A stretch of 64,000 bases of DNA from an uncultured Clavibacter sp. (lineage in GTDB: Bacteria > Actinomycetota > Actinomycetes > Nanopelagicales > Nanopelagicaceae). A model generated the notes under the pieces. That model worked only from the letters and a program-made list of their open reading frames with translations, ran no database searches and was not told the DNA's origin. Of this stretch, positions 17,392-25,045 are shown piece after piece (the first letter of the stretch is position 1; the number at the start of each line of letters is the position of its first letter). The position numbers were made by a program, and so were the translations under genes. The stretch covers positions 22,162 through 86,161 of the forward strand of contig CAYSGG010000001.1 of the NCBI GenBank assembly GCA_964430775.1. Direction: 5' to 3'.

Positions 17392-18492
17392 ATGACTATT
17401 CGCCCCATACTTAAAGCTCCCGTTTCTATTCAGTGGCAACCCGCTACCCAAACTCTCACCGTTGGGACCCGCTGGCGCCGTTGCGCCTTTCCAGGTGATT
17501 GGGCAGGAGTGAATCCGCGACGGATCCTCGAACTCTTTGATGGCAAGCGCAGCGTGCATCACATCGCTCAACAGGCTGGAGTTGAGGAGAGCGCTGTTCT
17601 CAGCCTTGTTGCAGAGTTACGTAAACATGACTTAATCGACCTCGAACGCACCCCGATCTCATATCTGCGGCGTTACAACCCCGAGATGGGAAGGATTGAT
17701 TACGTCAGCGATACCGAGAACATCTTTCAGGACTATGCCGTCGAGGCATTTATGAACCGCATGGAAATCGAATGTGATGCCACAACGCTCTCGCCCGGCA
17801 ATATCGATGCTGGGCGGAGTTCAGTCATCAAGCGGCGAGACTTCTCAATTCTTATCTTTGGACATGGAAAAATAGTCAACGCTCTTGTCGGGGTATTGAG
17901 CGCATCAGGATTCTCTAAGCTCTCAGTTATCAATCGAGTTGGGTCAAAACATCCATCACTAAAAATTCAAGAGTCAGATATTTCAGGAACATATATCTCG
18001 CGCTCTGATATCGGACAGGTGCGCAAGAACGTTGTCGAAGAAATCAGAAAATCATCAGCGCTCTTCGCAGAACCAAAGATGCAGATTCAAAAACCTGATG
18101 TGATTATCTCCATTGGAACTCCGGCTCCCGATTCGATACAACGATGGATGTCAGATCAATCTCGGCATCTACTCGTTGAGATTCCATCGAGCGCTGAAGT
18201 CAGAGTTGGACCGTTGGTAATCCCCGGTAAAACTCCCTGTTTCCGCTGTATAGCGTTAACTGAGAAACCACACTCTCATGAAACTCCGCGTATTGAGGAG
18301 TCCGTGAGTGATGTGGGATCGGCGCTTTCGCTAGCAGTCGCCAGCGCTATTGCACTTGACCTCATCGCATTTGCTGACCGAGACGAGAGTGTGTTTCTGG
18401 CTACATCCTTCATTTATTCAATGCGCCACTATCAACAAGCAGAAATACAACGTTGGTCACAGCATCACGCATGCGGGTGCGCCTGGAATTAA
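17392..18492 (+). CDS. RRE (PqqD-like winged helix) + E1/ThiF-like domain protein, TOMM-docking-scaffold-like
   Basis: N-terminal VNPRRILELFDGKRSVHHIAQQAG...LVAELRKHDLI resembles a RiPP recognition element. Rossmann-like segment ILIFGHGKIVNALVGVLSASGFSKLSVINR. Cys pairs PCFRC and ACGC are typical of E1-like zinc sites. Confidence 0.55.
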   Translation: MTIRPILKAPVSIQWQPATQTLTVGTRWRRCAFPGDWAGVNPRRILELFDGKRSVHHIAQQAGVEESAVLSLVAELRKHDLIDLERTPISYLRRYNPEMGRIDYVSDTENIFQDYAVEAFMNRMEIECDATTLSPGNIDAGRSSVIKRRDFSILIFGHGKIVNALVGVLSASGFSKLSVINRVGSKHPSLKIQESDISGTYISRSDIGQVRKNVVEEIRKSSALFAEPKMQIQKPDVIISIGTPAPDSIQRWMSDQSRHLLVEIPSSAEVRVGPLVIPGKTPCFRCIALTEKPHSHETPRIEESVSDVGSALSLAVASAIALDLIAFADRDESVFLATSFIYSMRHYQQAEIQRWSQHHACGCAWN

Positions 18493-18537
18493 GGATTTCA
18501 GGTCGCGCCGGCCTTGCGACTCTACGAGAATGCCCTC

Positions 18538-19878
18538 ATGGCTGATGCAATCCCCCAGAAGACGAGTAAGCGGAGCGCAAAGCTCGCAAGTATTCCGCTC
18601 TCGGTAGCTGGACGTGGCGCACTCGGATTCGGAAAACAACTCATCGGTCAATCCCCTGATTTTGCATTTGCTGACCTGCAAGAGAAAACCGCAGAGCAGG
18701 TCTTCAAAGTTCTCGGCGAACTCAAGGGAGGAGCCATGAAGTTTGGTCAGGCGCTCTCAGTCTTTGAAGCCGCCCTGCCTGAAGAGATTGCTAAGCCTTA
18801 CCGCGAAACTCTCGTCAAACTTCAAGAAGCTGCGCCGCCACTTCCTGCAAGAGTCGTCCATAAAGTTCTTGCTAAAGAACTCGGTGAAGATTGGCGCGAT
18901 AATTTCTCAGAGTTCAACGACACTCCATCAGCATCTGCATCTATCGGACAGGTTCATAAAGCTATTTGGAAAGATGGCAGACAAGTTGCCGTCAAAGTTC
19001 AATATCCAGGAGCAGCTGAAGCTCTGATCTCAGATCTCAATCAGATTCAACGCTTTGCAAAAATCTTCCAACTCGTCCTTCCTGGCCTTGAGATGAAACC
19101 GCTGCTAGAAGAACTCCGTGCGCGCATCATCGAAGAAGTTGATTATCGATATGAAGCCCAAGCACAAGAAACATGTTGGAAAGCATTTGAAAACGATCCT
19201 GACATTGCAATTCCAAAAGTTGTTCAAGCAACTGATCGAGTGCTCGTCAGTGAATGGCTAGAAGGAACTCCACTTTCTAAAGTCATCAGCAGTGGAACTC
19301 AGGAAGAACGCAATAACGCAGGTATTCGTCTCGCTCGTTTCCACTTCACCGCACCTACTCGCGCTGGCTTACTTCATGCCGATCCGCATCCTGGAAATTT
19401 CCGAGTCCTTAGCGATGGAAGATTGGGTGTGCTTGATTTCGGCGCATGTAATCGTCTACCAAATGGTTTTCCTGAACCATTCAAGCGCTTACTTCGTAAC
19501 GCTCTCGAAGGCGATGCAATCGCGCTCTACAACGGATTTAAAGAAGATGGATTTATCTTGCCTGATGTTGATGTGGACCCAGAACTAGTCCTTGATTTCC
19601 TTCTTCCACTCGTCGAACCACTGCGCACCGAACACTTTGCCTACACCCGTGAATGGCTACGCGAGCAGAGCGTCCGAGTTGGAGATCCCCGTAATCCCAC
19701 AGCCAAAATCGGCTTCCAACTCAACCTTCCGCCTGAATATGTACTGATTCACCGCGTGACCTTGGGAACTACAGGAATCTTCTGTCAGCTACGCGCGCAA
19801 GGAAACTTCCGCGACGAAGCTCTGTCGTGGTTCCCTGAAATCACGCCAACTCACCTGCAAGGCTCATATTCAAATTAA
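18538..19878 (+). CDS. ABC1/UbiB-family atypical kinase
   Basis: KLASIPLSVAGRGALGFGK, LGELKGGAMKFGQALS, ASIGQVHKA and HADPHPGNF motifs. ATG 18538 preferred over TTG 18514 by comparison with typical N-termini. Confidence 0.8.
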   Translation: MADAIPQKTSKRSAKLASIPLSVAGRGALGFGKQLIGQSPDFAFADLQEKTAEQVFKVLGELKGGAMKFGQALSVFEAALPEEIAKPYRETLVKLQEAAPPLPARVVHKVLAKELGEDWRDNFSEFNDTPSASASIGQVHKAIWKDGRQVAVKVQYPGAAEALISDLNQIQRFAKIFQLVLPGLEMKPLLEELRARIIEEVDYRYEAQAQETCWKAFENDPDIAIPKVVQATDRVLVSEWLEGTPLSKVISSGTQEERNNAGIRLARFHFTAPTRAGLLHADPHPGNFRVLSDGRLGVLDFGACNRLPNGFPEPFKRLLRNALEGDAIALYNGFKEDGFILPDVDVDPELVLDFLLPLVEPLRTEHFAYTREWLREQSVRVGDPRNPTAKIGFQLNLPPEYVLIHRVTLGTTGIFCQLRAQGNFRDEALSWFPEITPTHLQGSYSN

Positions 19879-19880
19879 AT

Positions 19881-19900
19881 ATTGGCGTACCAACGCCAAT
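19881..19900. terminator. hairpin between convergent ABC1 kinase and whiB7 genes
   Basis: Perfect 8-bp stem ATTGGCGT/ACGCCAAT, loop ACCA. T-rich tract follows on the minus strand (ATTTAATTTG), so it best fits a whiB7 terminator. Confidence 0.5.
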
Positions 19901-19905
19901 AGAAA

Positions 19906-20259
19906 TTACGCAGTAGCCACTAACGGTTGTGGATTGAGTCGCGGGCGACCTGGAAGACGTTTCGCAGCAATCACTTGCCCATCTTCAAAGAGTTCTCCGC
20001 CCCATACTCCACAAGGCTCTTGTCGTGAGAGCGCACCTTCCAAACATTCCTTCTTTACGGGACATCCACCGCAGAGGGACTTGGCATAGGCGATCTCTTC
20101 AGTCTTCTCAGAGAAGAAAATCTCTGGACTGGAGTTATGGCAGGGCAGGGTGAATGCACGGTCGGTGCCATAGACACCTGTGACTGCATCAAGTCCGATC
20201 ATGGCGTCATCGCCTTCGGACCATCCTGGTACCAATAGTTCGCTGAAGAGAACTGTCAT
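19906..20259 (-). CDS. whiB7: WhiB7-type Fe-S transcriptional activator with C-terminal AT-hook
   Basis: LPCH...C-x2-C-x5-C core, EPCGVWGGELFEDGQVIAAKRLPGRPR. This closely parallels my recollection of the M. tuberculosis WhiB7 C-terminus (EPWGVWGGEIF...KRPRGRPRK). ATG 20259 is preceded by AAAGGTGAG; the alternative ATG 20202 gives a more Mtb-like length. Confidence 0.88.
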   Translation of the reverse strand: MTVLFSELLVPGWSEGDDAMIGLDAVTGVYGTDRAFTLPCHNSSPEIFFSEKTEEIAYAKSLCGGCPVKKECLEGALSRQEPCGVWGGELFEDGQVIAAKRLPGRPRLNPQPLVATA

Positions 20260-20290
20260 CGTTCTCACCTTTGCCTTTCCTTGCATTGGG

Positions 20291-20332
20291 ATAAAGAAAA
20301 AGGGGCCTGAATCCTTGTGGATTCGAGGCCCC
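20291..20332 (-). terminator. intrinsic terminator (attenuator) in the whiB7 5' leader
   Basis: Minus strand GGGGCCTCGAATCC-ACAA-GGATTCAGGCCCC (13 bp, one bulge) followed by TTTTTCTTTAT. Located between the uORF stop and the whiB7 start. Confidence 0.7.
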
Positions 20333-20352
20333 TGGGCTTCCTTATCGATGTG

Positions 20353-20496
20353 TTATCCGATAGAGCTCCAGGTGCCGAATCCTTCGGCCTTGGCTGACTT
20401 GGTCGCAAAATAGTTGTAACCAAATGCAGGCGCGGACCAATGGCGGTGTGTACGTGAAGTACTCATCGCTACAGTGTTGGTTCTTGCCTGTGTCAT
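20353..20496 (-). CDS. whiB7 leader peptide (uORF), 47 codons
   Basis: ATG 20496 lies about 10 nt after the putative -10 element, so the uORF would be near leaderless. The stop is 20 nt before the attenuator stem. Peptide MTQARTNTVAMSTSRTHRHWSAPAFGYNYFATKSAKAEGFGTWSSIG. The start is uncertain (ATG 20466 is also possible). Confidence 0.45.
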   Translation of the reverse strand: MTQARTNTVAMSTSRTHRHWSAPAFGYNYFATKSAKAEGFGTWSSIG

Positions 20497-20505
20497 AGTC
20501 GTGGA

Positions 20506-20550
20506 AGGGTAATGCATCAGAATGTGGCCGCGCAAACTAATTAATTTATA
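20506..20550 (-). promoter_or_regulatory. putative whiB7 promoter with upstream AT-rich (AT-hook) site
   Basis: Minus strand TATAAATTAATTAG-T-TTGCGC-N18-TACCCT. The AT-rich block abuts the -35 element and overlaps the uvrD2-like stop codon. Confidence 0.4.
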
Positions 20551-22168
20551 GTCCCGCTTCCGCAAGAAATGGGCTTGGTGAACCGTGATAGCTGATCACT
20601 AGGCTCTGCTGAGCACGCGTGATTCCCACGTAGAACAACCGTCGCTCCTCATCAATGGGTTGAGCGCCCCATGGCAGGGTCTCCGCGCTTACGCCTGCGA
20701 GATAGACCTTCTTCCATTCCAGCCCTTTTGCCGCATGAAGAGTCGCGAGAGCTACGCCTGGAAGGGTTGGCGGATTGTTCTGTTCGGCTCGATCTTCAAG
20801 TTCTCGCAAGAAAGCACGTAGTGAGGTCAGGCCTTCTGCCTCTAACTCCCGCGCTAACTGCATAAATGAGCGCACATACTCGCTTTCGCCAAATGGTTTG
20901 AGTGCATCGCGCAGATCTGCCAGCCAATCTGATTCAGAGAGTACGGATGCGCTGCGGATAGTTTTGATGATCTCTTTTACTTCTGGGCGATTGAAGAAAC
21001 GTTCAGAGTTACGAATCTGATTTTCAATGCCGGAAGCACTTAACGCAGACTCAAGAATTTCCAATTGAGCATTAGTGCGAGTGAGAATTGCAATATCTTG
21101 GGTAGCTAGTCCATTGTTGATATCGGCTTGAATGAGTTGGACGAGAGCATCTGCTTCTTCCTTCTCGGACCTATAGCCAAGTGCTTGTGGCTTGTCACCA
21201 TGCTCGTTGATGGGGTCTAACTCGTGCCCCAAACTCGCGCTACGAAGAATTGTGTTTGCTGTATTAATGATTTCCGGAGTTGAACGATAGCCAGAAGTAA
21301 GTCGAATGACTTCTGCTTCGGGATACTTATTGGTGAAGTTGAGAAGGAAGGCTGGGGTTGCTCCGGCAAAGGAATAGATAGTCTGAGCGGGATCTCCCAC
21401 CACGCAGATATCGTTCCGTTTTCCGAGCCAGAGATCTAACAATCTCTGTTGTAACGGTGAGACATCCTGGTATTCATCAACTGTGAAGTAACGATATTGA
21501 TCGCGGATCCGATCTCGAACTTCGCGTTCTTCTTCCAACATTCCAATAGTGAGCAGCAAGACATCTTCGAAATCGATTGCGCGCTCTTGCTTCTTGAGGG
21601 ACTCATATGCTTCATAAACTCGAGCAATTTGCGTGGCATCAACTTTGTTATTTGAGATCCGTATTGGGCGGGAGTAATCATCAACGGCTTTGATGTATTC
21701 ATCTGGAGCTAAGCCAATGACCTTTGCCCATTCAATCTCTCCGGCGACATCGCGCAATACGGAGTTGCTCTTGGTTGCGCTGATGTTGGCGCGATTGATG
21801 GCCTCGCCTAGAAAGCCCGTCTTGGTAGTCAAAAGTGAAGGGAATCGACCGCCCAAAACCTGCGGCCAGAAAAACATCAACTGTTTCAGAGCTGCGGCGT
21901 GGAAGGTGCGGGCAGCTACGTTCGGAACGCCCAGTGCCCGAAGACGGGTACGCATCTCGCCAGCTGCGCGGGCAGTGAATGTCAGAGCCAGGATTCGTTG
22001 CGGATCAACGACTCCGATATCAACTGCGTAGGCCAGGCGATGTGTGATGGCTCGAGTCTTTCCAGTGCCAGCACCGGCGATGACGCAGACCGGTCCACGA
22101 ACTGCGGTTGCTACAGCGCGTTGTTCATCATCGAGCGCAGCAAGAATCTCTTCTGCTAGTTGCGCCAC
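20546..22168 (-). CDS. UvrD/PcrA-family ATP-dependent DNA helicase (UvrD2 position)
   Basis: Walker A GAGTGKT, TFTARAA, DEYQD, GDPAQTIYSF and VGITRA motifs. 540 aa, ending right after the helicase core. Confidence 0.85.
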   Translation of the reverse strand: MAQLAEEILAALDDEQRAVATAVRGPVCVIAGAGTGKTRAITHRLAYAVDIGVVDPQRILALTFTARAAGEMRTRLRALGVPNVAARTFHAAALKQLMFFWPQVLGGRFPSLLTTKTGFLGEAINRANISATKSNSVLRDVAGEIEWAKVIGLAPDEYIKAVDDYSRPIRISNNKVDATQIARVYEAYESLKKQERAIDFEDVLLLTIGMLEEEREVRDRIRDQYRYFTVDEYQDVSPLQQRLLDLWLGKRNDICVVGDPAQTIYSFAGATPAFLLNFTNKYPEAEVIRLTSGYRSTPEIINTANTILRSASLGHELDPINEHGDKPQALGYRSEKEEADALVQLIQADINNGLATQDIAILTRTNAQLEILESALSASGIENQIRNSERFFNRPEVKEIIKTIRSASVLSESDWLADLRDALKPFGESEYVRSFMQLARELEAEGLTSLRAFLRELEDRAEQNNPPTLPGVALATLHAAKGLEWKKVYLAGVSAETLPWGAQPIDEERRLFYVGITRAQQSLVISYHGSPSPFLAEAGL

Positions 22169-23058
22169 GATTCGCCACCTTGCAGTTCCTTCTCTGCATT
22201 AGGTCCGTACCACGCATTGATCATTGCTCGGGCAACTGAAATTATCGGTGGCAGCAATAATTCTTGCGAGTCACACTTTGACTTCAATTCTTCGCGGGTG
22301 AGCCAGATAATCTCTTCAATCTCGTCGCCATCAGCTTTCACGGAATCAGGATTGGAGATTGTTGCTTCATAAGCAATCATTACAGAAGCTGGAAATGGCC
22401 AGGGTTGTGAGCCGAGGTATTTCATCTCGGTGACTGAGCCACCACACTCTTCTAGCACTTCACGACTGACACAACTTTCAAAAGACTCACCTGGTTCGAC
22501 AAATCCAGCGAAAGTAGAGAATCGTTTTGCCGGCCATACTTTCTGTCGGCCCAGAAGTATTCGATCTGACTTATCTTTCACAAGGACGATGATGGCCGGA
22601 TCAGTGCGGGGATGATGAGATGCAGTGCAGATGTCACATTCTCGAACTGCGCCCGCAAAAGTTGGGTGTGTTGTTGCGCCACACTTTGCACATCGTTGGT
22701 GAGAGGTATGCCATTGAGTCAGAGCAAGCGCATGAACAGCGGCTCCAATCTCTAAGTCGTTGAGATGCGCTCCTATGGATCGTAGGGATTTGAATTCTTC
22801 TGGAAACTCTGTGACATCAGTCGTGCGATGGGCGACGAAATAGGCAATGCCGGCACTATCAAGGCCGAGGAAGTAGCGATCCCCTTGAGCTTGTTCGGGC
22901 GAGACGAATGTGAGGGATTTTCCTTCGCAACGAAAGCGATCTGAGAGCATTTCGATGATCTTGCCCTTCTTCCAGAGCTCATCAATTGCGGCGTGATCAG
23001 AGCGCAGATGAGCGGCGCGATCAAGTCTGGATCGTGAGAGCGGAAGGTTAAGAAGCAC
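22156..23058 (-). CDS. nudC: NAD(+) diphosphatase (Nudix, NADH pyrophosphatase type)
   Basis: Zinc ribbon C-x2-C...C-x2-C (CAKCG...CDIC) followed by a Nudix box GFVEPGESFESCVSREVLEECG and SQPWPFP. Confidence 0.8.
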   Translation of the reverse strand: MLLNLPLSRSRLDRAAHLRSDHAAIDELWKKGKIIEMLSDRFRCEGKSLTFVSPEQAQGDRYFLGLDSAGIAYFVAHRTTDVTEFPEEFKSLRSIGAHLNDLEIGAAVHALALTQWHTSHQRCAKCGATTHPTFAGAVRECDICTASHHPRTDPAIIVLVKDKSDRILLGRQKVWPAKRFSTFAGFVEPGESFESCVSREVLEECGGSVTEMKYLGSQPWPFPASVMIAYEATISNPDSVKADGDEIEEIIWLTREELKSKCDSQELLLPPIISVARAMINAWYGPNAEKELQGGESWRN

Positions 23059-23083
23059 GGGGCGACCCTACTAGCCTGCCTTC

Positions 23084-23890
23084 ATGGCATCTACCTCAGG
23101 CTTCACGGTCACCTCGTGGAACATCCTCCATGGAATGGCCATTCCCCCACAGACGCCTGTGACACTTCATCAAGCGTTAGAGAAATTGCATGAGAACTCT
23201 CACAGCGATGTAGTTGCGTTGCAGGAAGTAGATGTACAACAAAGTAGATCGGGCCACGGAAATCAAGTAGCAGAGATGGCCGAGGTAATTGGTGCGAAGT
23301 ATTGGGCCTTTGCTCCATCGATGTATGGAACGCCAGGTGAGAAATGGCATGGCGTTAAGGATGCAATTGTTTTCGATAATCAATCTTCTATTCCACAAGA
23401 TTCGATGTATGGAATTGGAATCGTGTCAAAGATTCCAGTGAAGCGATGGCACCGCATCAATCTTGGTAAAGCACCGCTTGGAATGCCCCTGATTGTTCCG
23501 GGTGAAAAGAGACCGAGAATGATCTATGTCTCAGATGAACCACGATCAGCTCTCGTTGCAGAACTTGAAAATGGAATTTCGGTGACAACAACTCATCTCT
23601 CTTTTGTGCCGCTCAAGAATGTTCAGCAGTTGCGAAAAATCAGTAAGTGGGTGGAGCAATTATCGGGAATACACATCATGACCGGAGATTTCAATCTGCC
23701 ATGGGGATTGGGACCGAAGCTAGCGGGTTGGAAAGATCTTGCAGTGGGTCCTACTTACCCATCATGGAAACCATCGATTGAATTCGACTACATCATGAGC
23801 AAGGAACTCAGCCCAGAAGATGTCGATGCGGTCATTCATGATCACTACGGAATTAGCGATCACCGTGCGATTAGCGTGAAGCTACGTTAA
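23084..23890 (+). CDS. endonuclease/exonuclease/phosphatase (EEP) family protein
   Basis: SWNILHG N-terminus, LQEVD, GDFN, and C-terminal SDHRAI catalytic His motif. Confidence 0.7.
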   Translation: MASTSGFTVTSWNILHGMAIPPQTPVTLHQALEKLHENSHSDVVALQEVDVQQSRSGHGNQVAEMAEVIGAKYWAFAPSMYGTPGEKWHGVKDAIVFDNQSSIPQDSMYGIGIVSKIPVKRWHRINLGKAPLGMPLIVPGEKRPRMIYVSDEPRSALVAELENGISVTTTHLSFVPLKNVQQLRKISKWVEQLSGIHIMTGDFNLPWGLGPKLAGWKDLAVGPTYPSWKPSIEFDYIMSKELSPEDVDAVIHDHYGISDHRAISVKLR

Positions 23891-24429
23891 GCGACATCCG
23901 CTTTACGGTTCAAGCTCTCTTTATGGGTGTTAAAGAAAGAAAGTAACTCATTGCGCTTGTTATCTGGCATGGAAAATCCTGCCGCATAGGCTGACCAAGC
24001 CTTGAGTTGGTTGAGGTTGGTGCATCCATGAAGTCGGCTTATGAGCGATTCCCAATCGCTTTTAGTGAGCGCTTTACGGGTATTGGCCCGCGCTGCTTTT
24101 GTCATCTCTTCGCGACTTGGGCGCTTACCTTTAGTGGCAAAGCCAAGGTTGGCAAGACAACGACCGATACTTGAGGTCTCGCAGTTCTCACTCGCGTTAG
24201 CGCGATTAACAGGAGAAGTTCCTTCGATTTCGGTGGCAAAGCCAGTTGATTGTGGGCGTACATCATCCGAATTTGTGTATGCCTCAGTGCGACAGATCCA
24301 TTCAATGCGACCATCAGGACGTTCGGTGCGTTGGAGATCGGTAAGTAAGCGGCCATCGGGATACTTAAGCCAGAACGCACGGATACGGTTTTCGACGGGT
24401 TCGTAATCACTGAGATTGAAGTAACTCAT
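23887..24429 (-). CDS. phage-like protein with Rad52/Sak-type single-strand-annealing signature (tentative)
   Basis: 180 aa. N-terminal beta-rich part followed by the helix ENCETSSIGRCLANLGF, reminiscent of the Rad52-fold SSAP signature helix. TAATG coupling to the upstream gene. Its stop overlaps the convergent EEP stop. Confidence 0.4.
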   Translation of the reverse strand: MSYFNLSDYEPVENRIRAFWLKYPDGRLLTDLQRTERPDGRIEWICRTEAYTNSDDVRPQSTGFATEIEGTSPVNRANASENCETSSIGRCLANLGFATKGKRPSREEMTKAARANTRKALTKSDWESLISRLHGCTNLNQLKAWSAYAAGFSMPDNKRNELLSFFNTHKESLNRKADVA

Positions 24430-24926
24430 TATTGACCCACCGCCATCTGTAGTTCTTCAGCCATAACTGAGGTAGGCGTCAACGTGCCAGCGCGGAAGGC
24501 TTCAGTGAGAACTTCACGACCACCACTAGAAAATCGTGTAGCGATATATGCATCACGAGAGTTGAAGGTGATGAAATCAAGTACTTCACCTGTGCGCTTA
24601 TAAATTGCTTTGCCATCGATATTTTCGACTGAATCCATTACATGTTTACGAAATGATTCGCGAACAGATTCAACAATTTCGAACTCGTAGCTGGATTTCA
24701 CCCATTCGACAAAAGCGCGTTCATTGAGGACCTCAGGTGTAGTGCGAGGTTGGATCAGTGAGACCTTTGCGATTTCTTCACCTTCGAGTGCAGCTTTCGC
24801 CGAATCCGCGCCAACCTCTTCTAGCGCTGCGGCAAATTCACGTCGGAGTCGGTCCTTAGCTTCCTTTGCGGCATCAGCGATCAAGGTAATAGCGGAGAGT
24901 TGAAAAGCGAGCTCTCGTAGGTTCAT
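24429..24926 (-). CDS. phage-like Gam/Gp157-like protein (tentative)
   Basis: ATG 24926 is preceded by GGAGGA. N-terminal coiled-coil-like helix (AKEAKDRLRREFAAALEE), then a KVSLIQPRTTPEV...AFVEWVK pattern like Mu-Gam/Siphovirus Gp157 family proteins. Confidence 0.35.
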   Translation of the reverse strand: MNLRELAFQLSAITLIADAAKEAKDRLRREFAAALEEVGADSAKAALEGEEIAKVSLIQPRTTPEVLNERAFVEWVKSSYEFEIVESVRESFRKHVMDSVENIDGKAIYKRTGEVLDFITFNSRDAYIATRFSSGGREVLTEAFRAGTLTPTSVMAEELQMAVGQ

Positions 24927-25045
24927 GTATCTGTCCTCCTGCAATGGTGCGATTTCTGTATGCAGGTGAGTACACATGCGACCACTGACAAAGCGGCCTT
25001 TTATGCGGGAAAACGGCGTGTCGTAAGGGTTTTAGCCCCTCAACG

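Noticed and set aside
20353-20565. 70-aa ORF between the uvrD2-like gene and whiB7 as a conventional protein gene
   Set aside because: Its first 23 codons overlap the helicase 3' end and the putative whiB7 promoter. The sequence has low complexity and is followed by an attenuator hairpin. It is better explained as the whiB7 leader uORF starting at an internal ATG.
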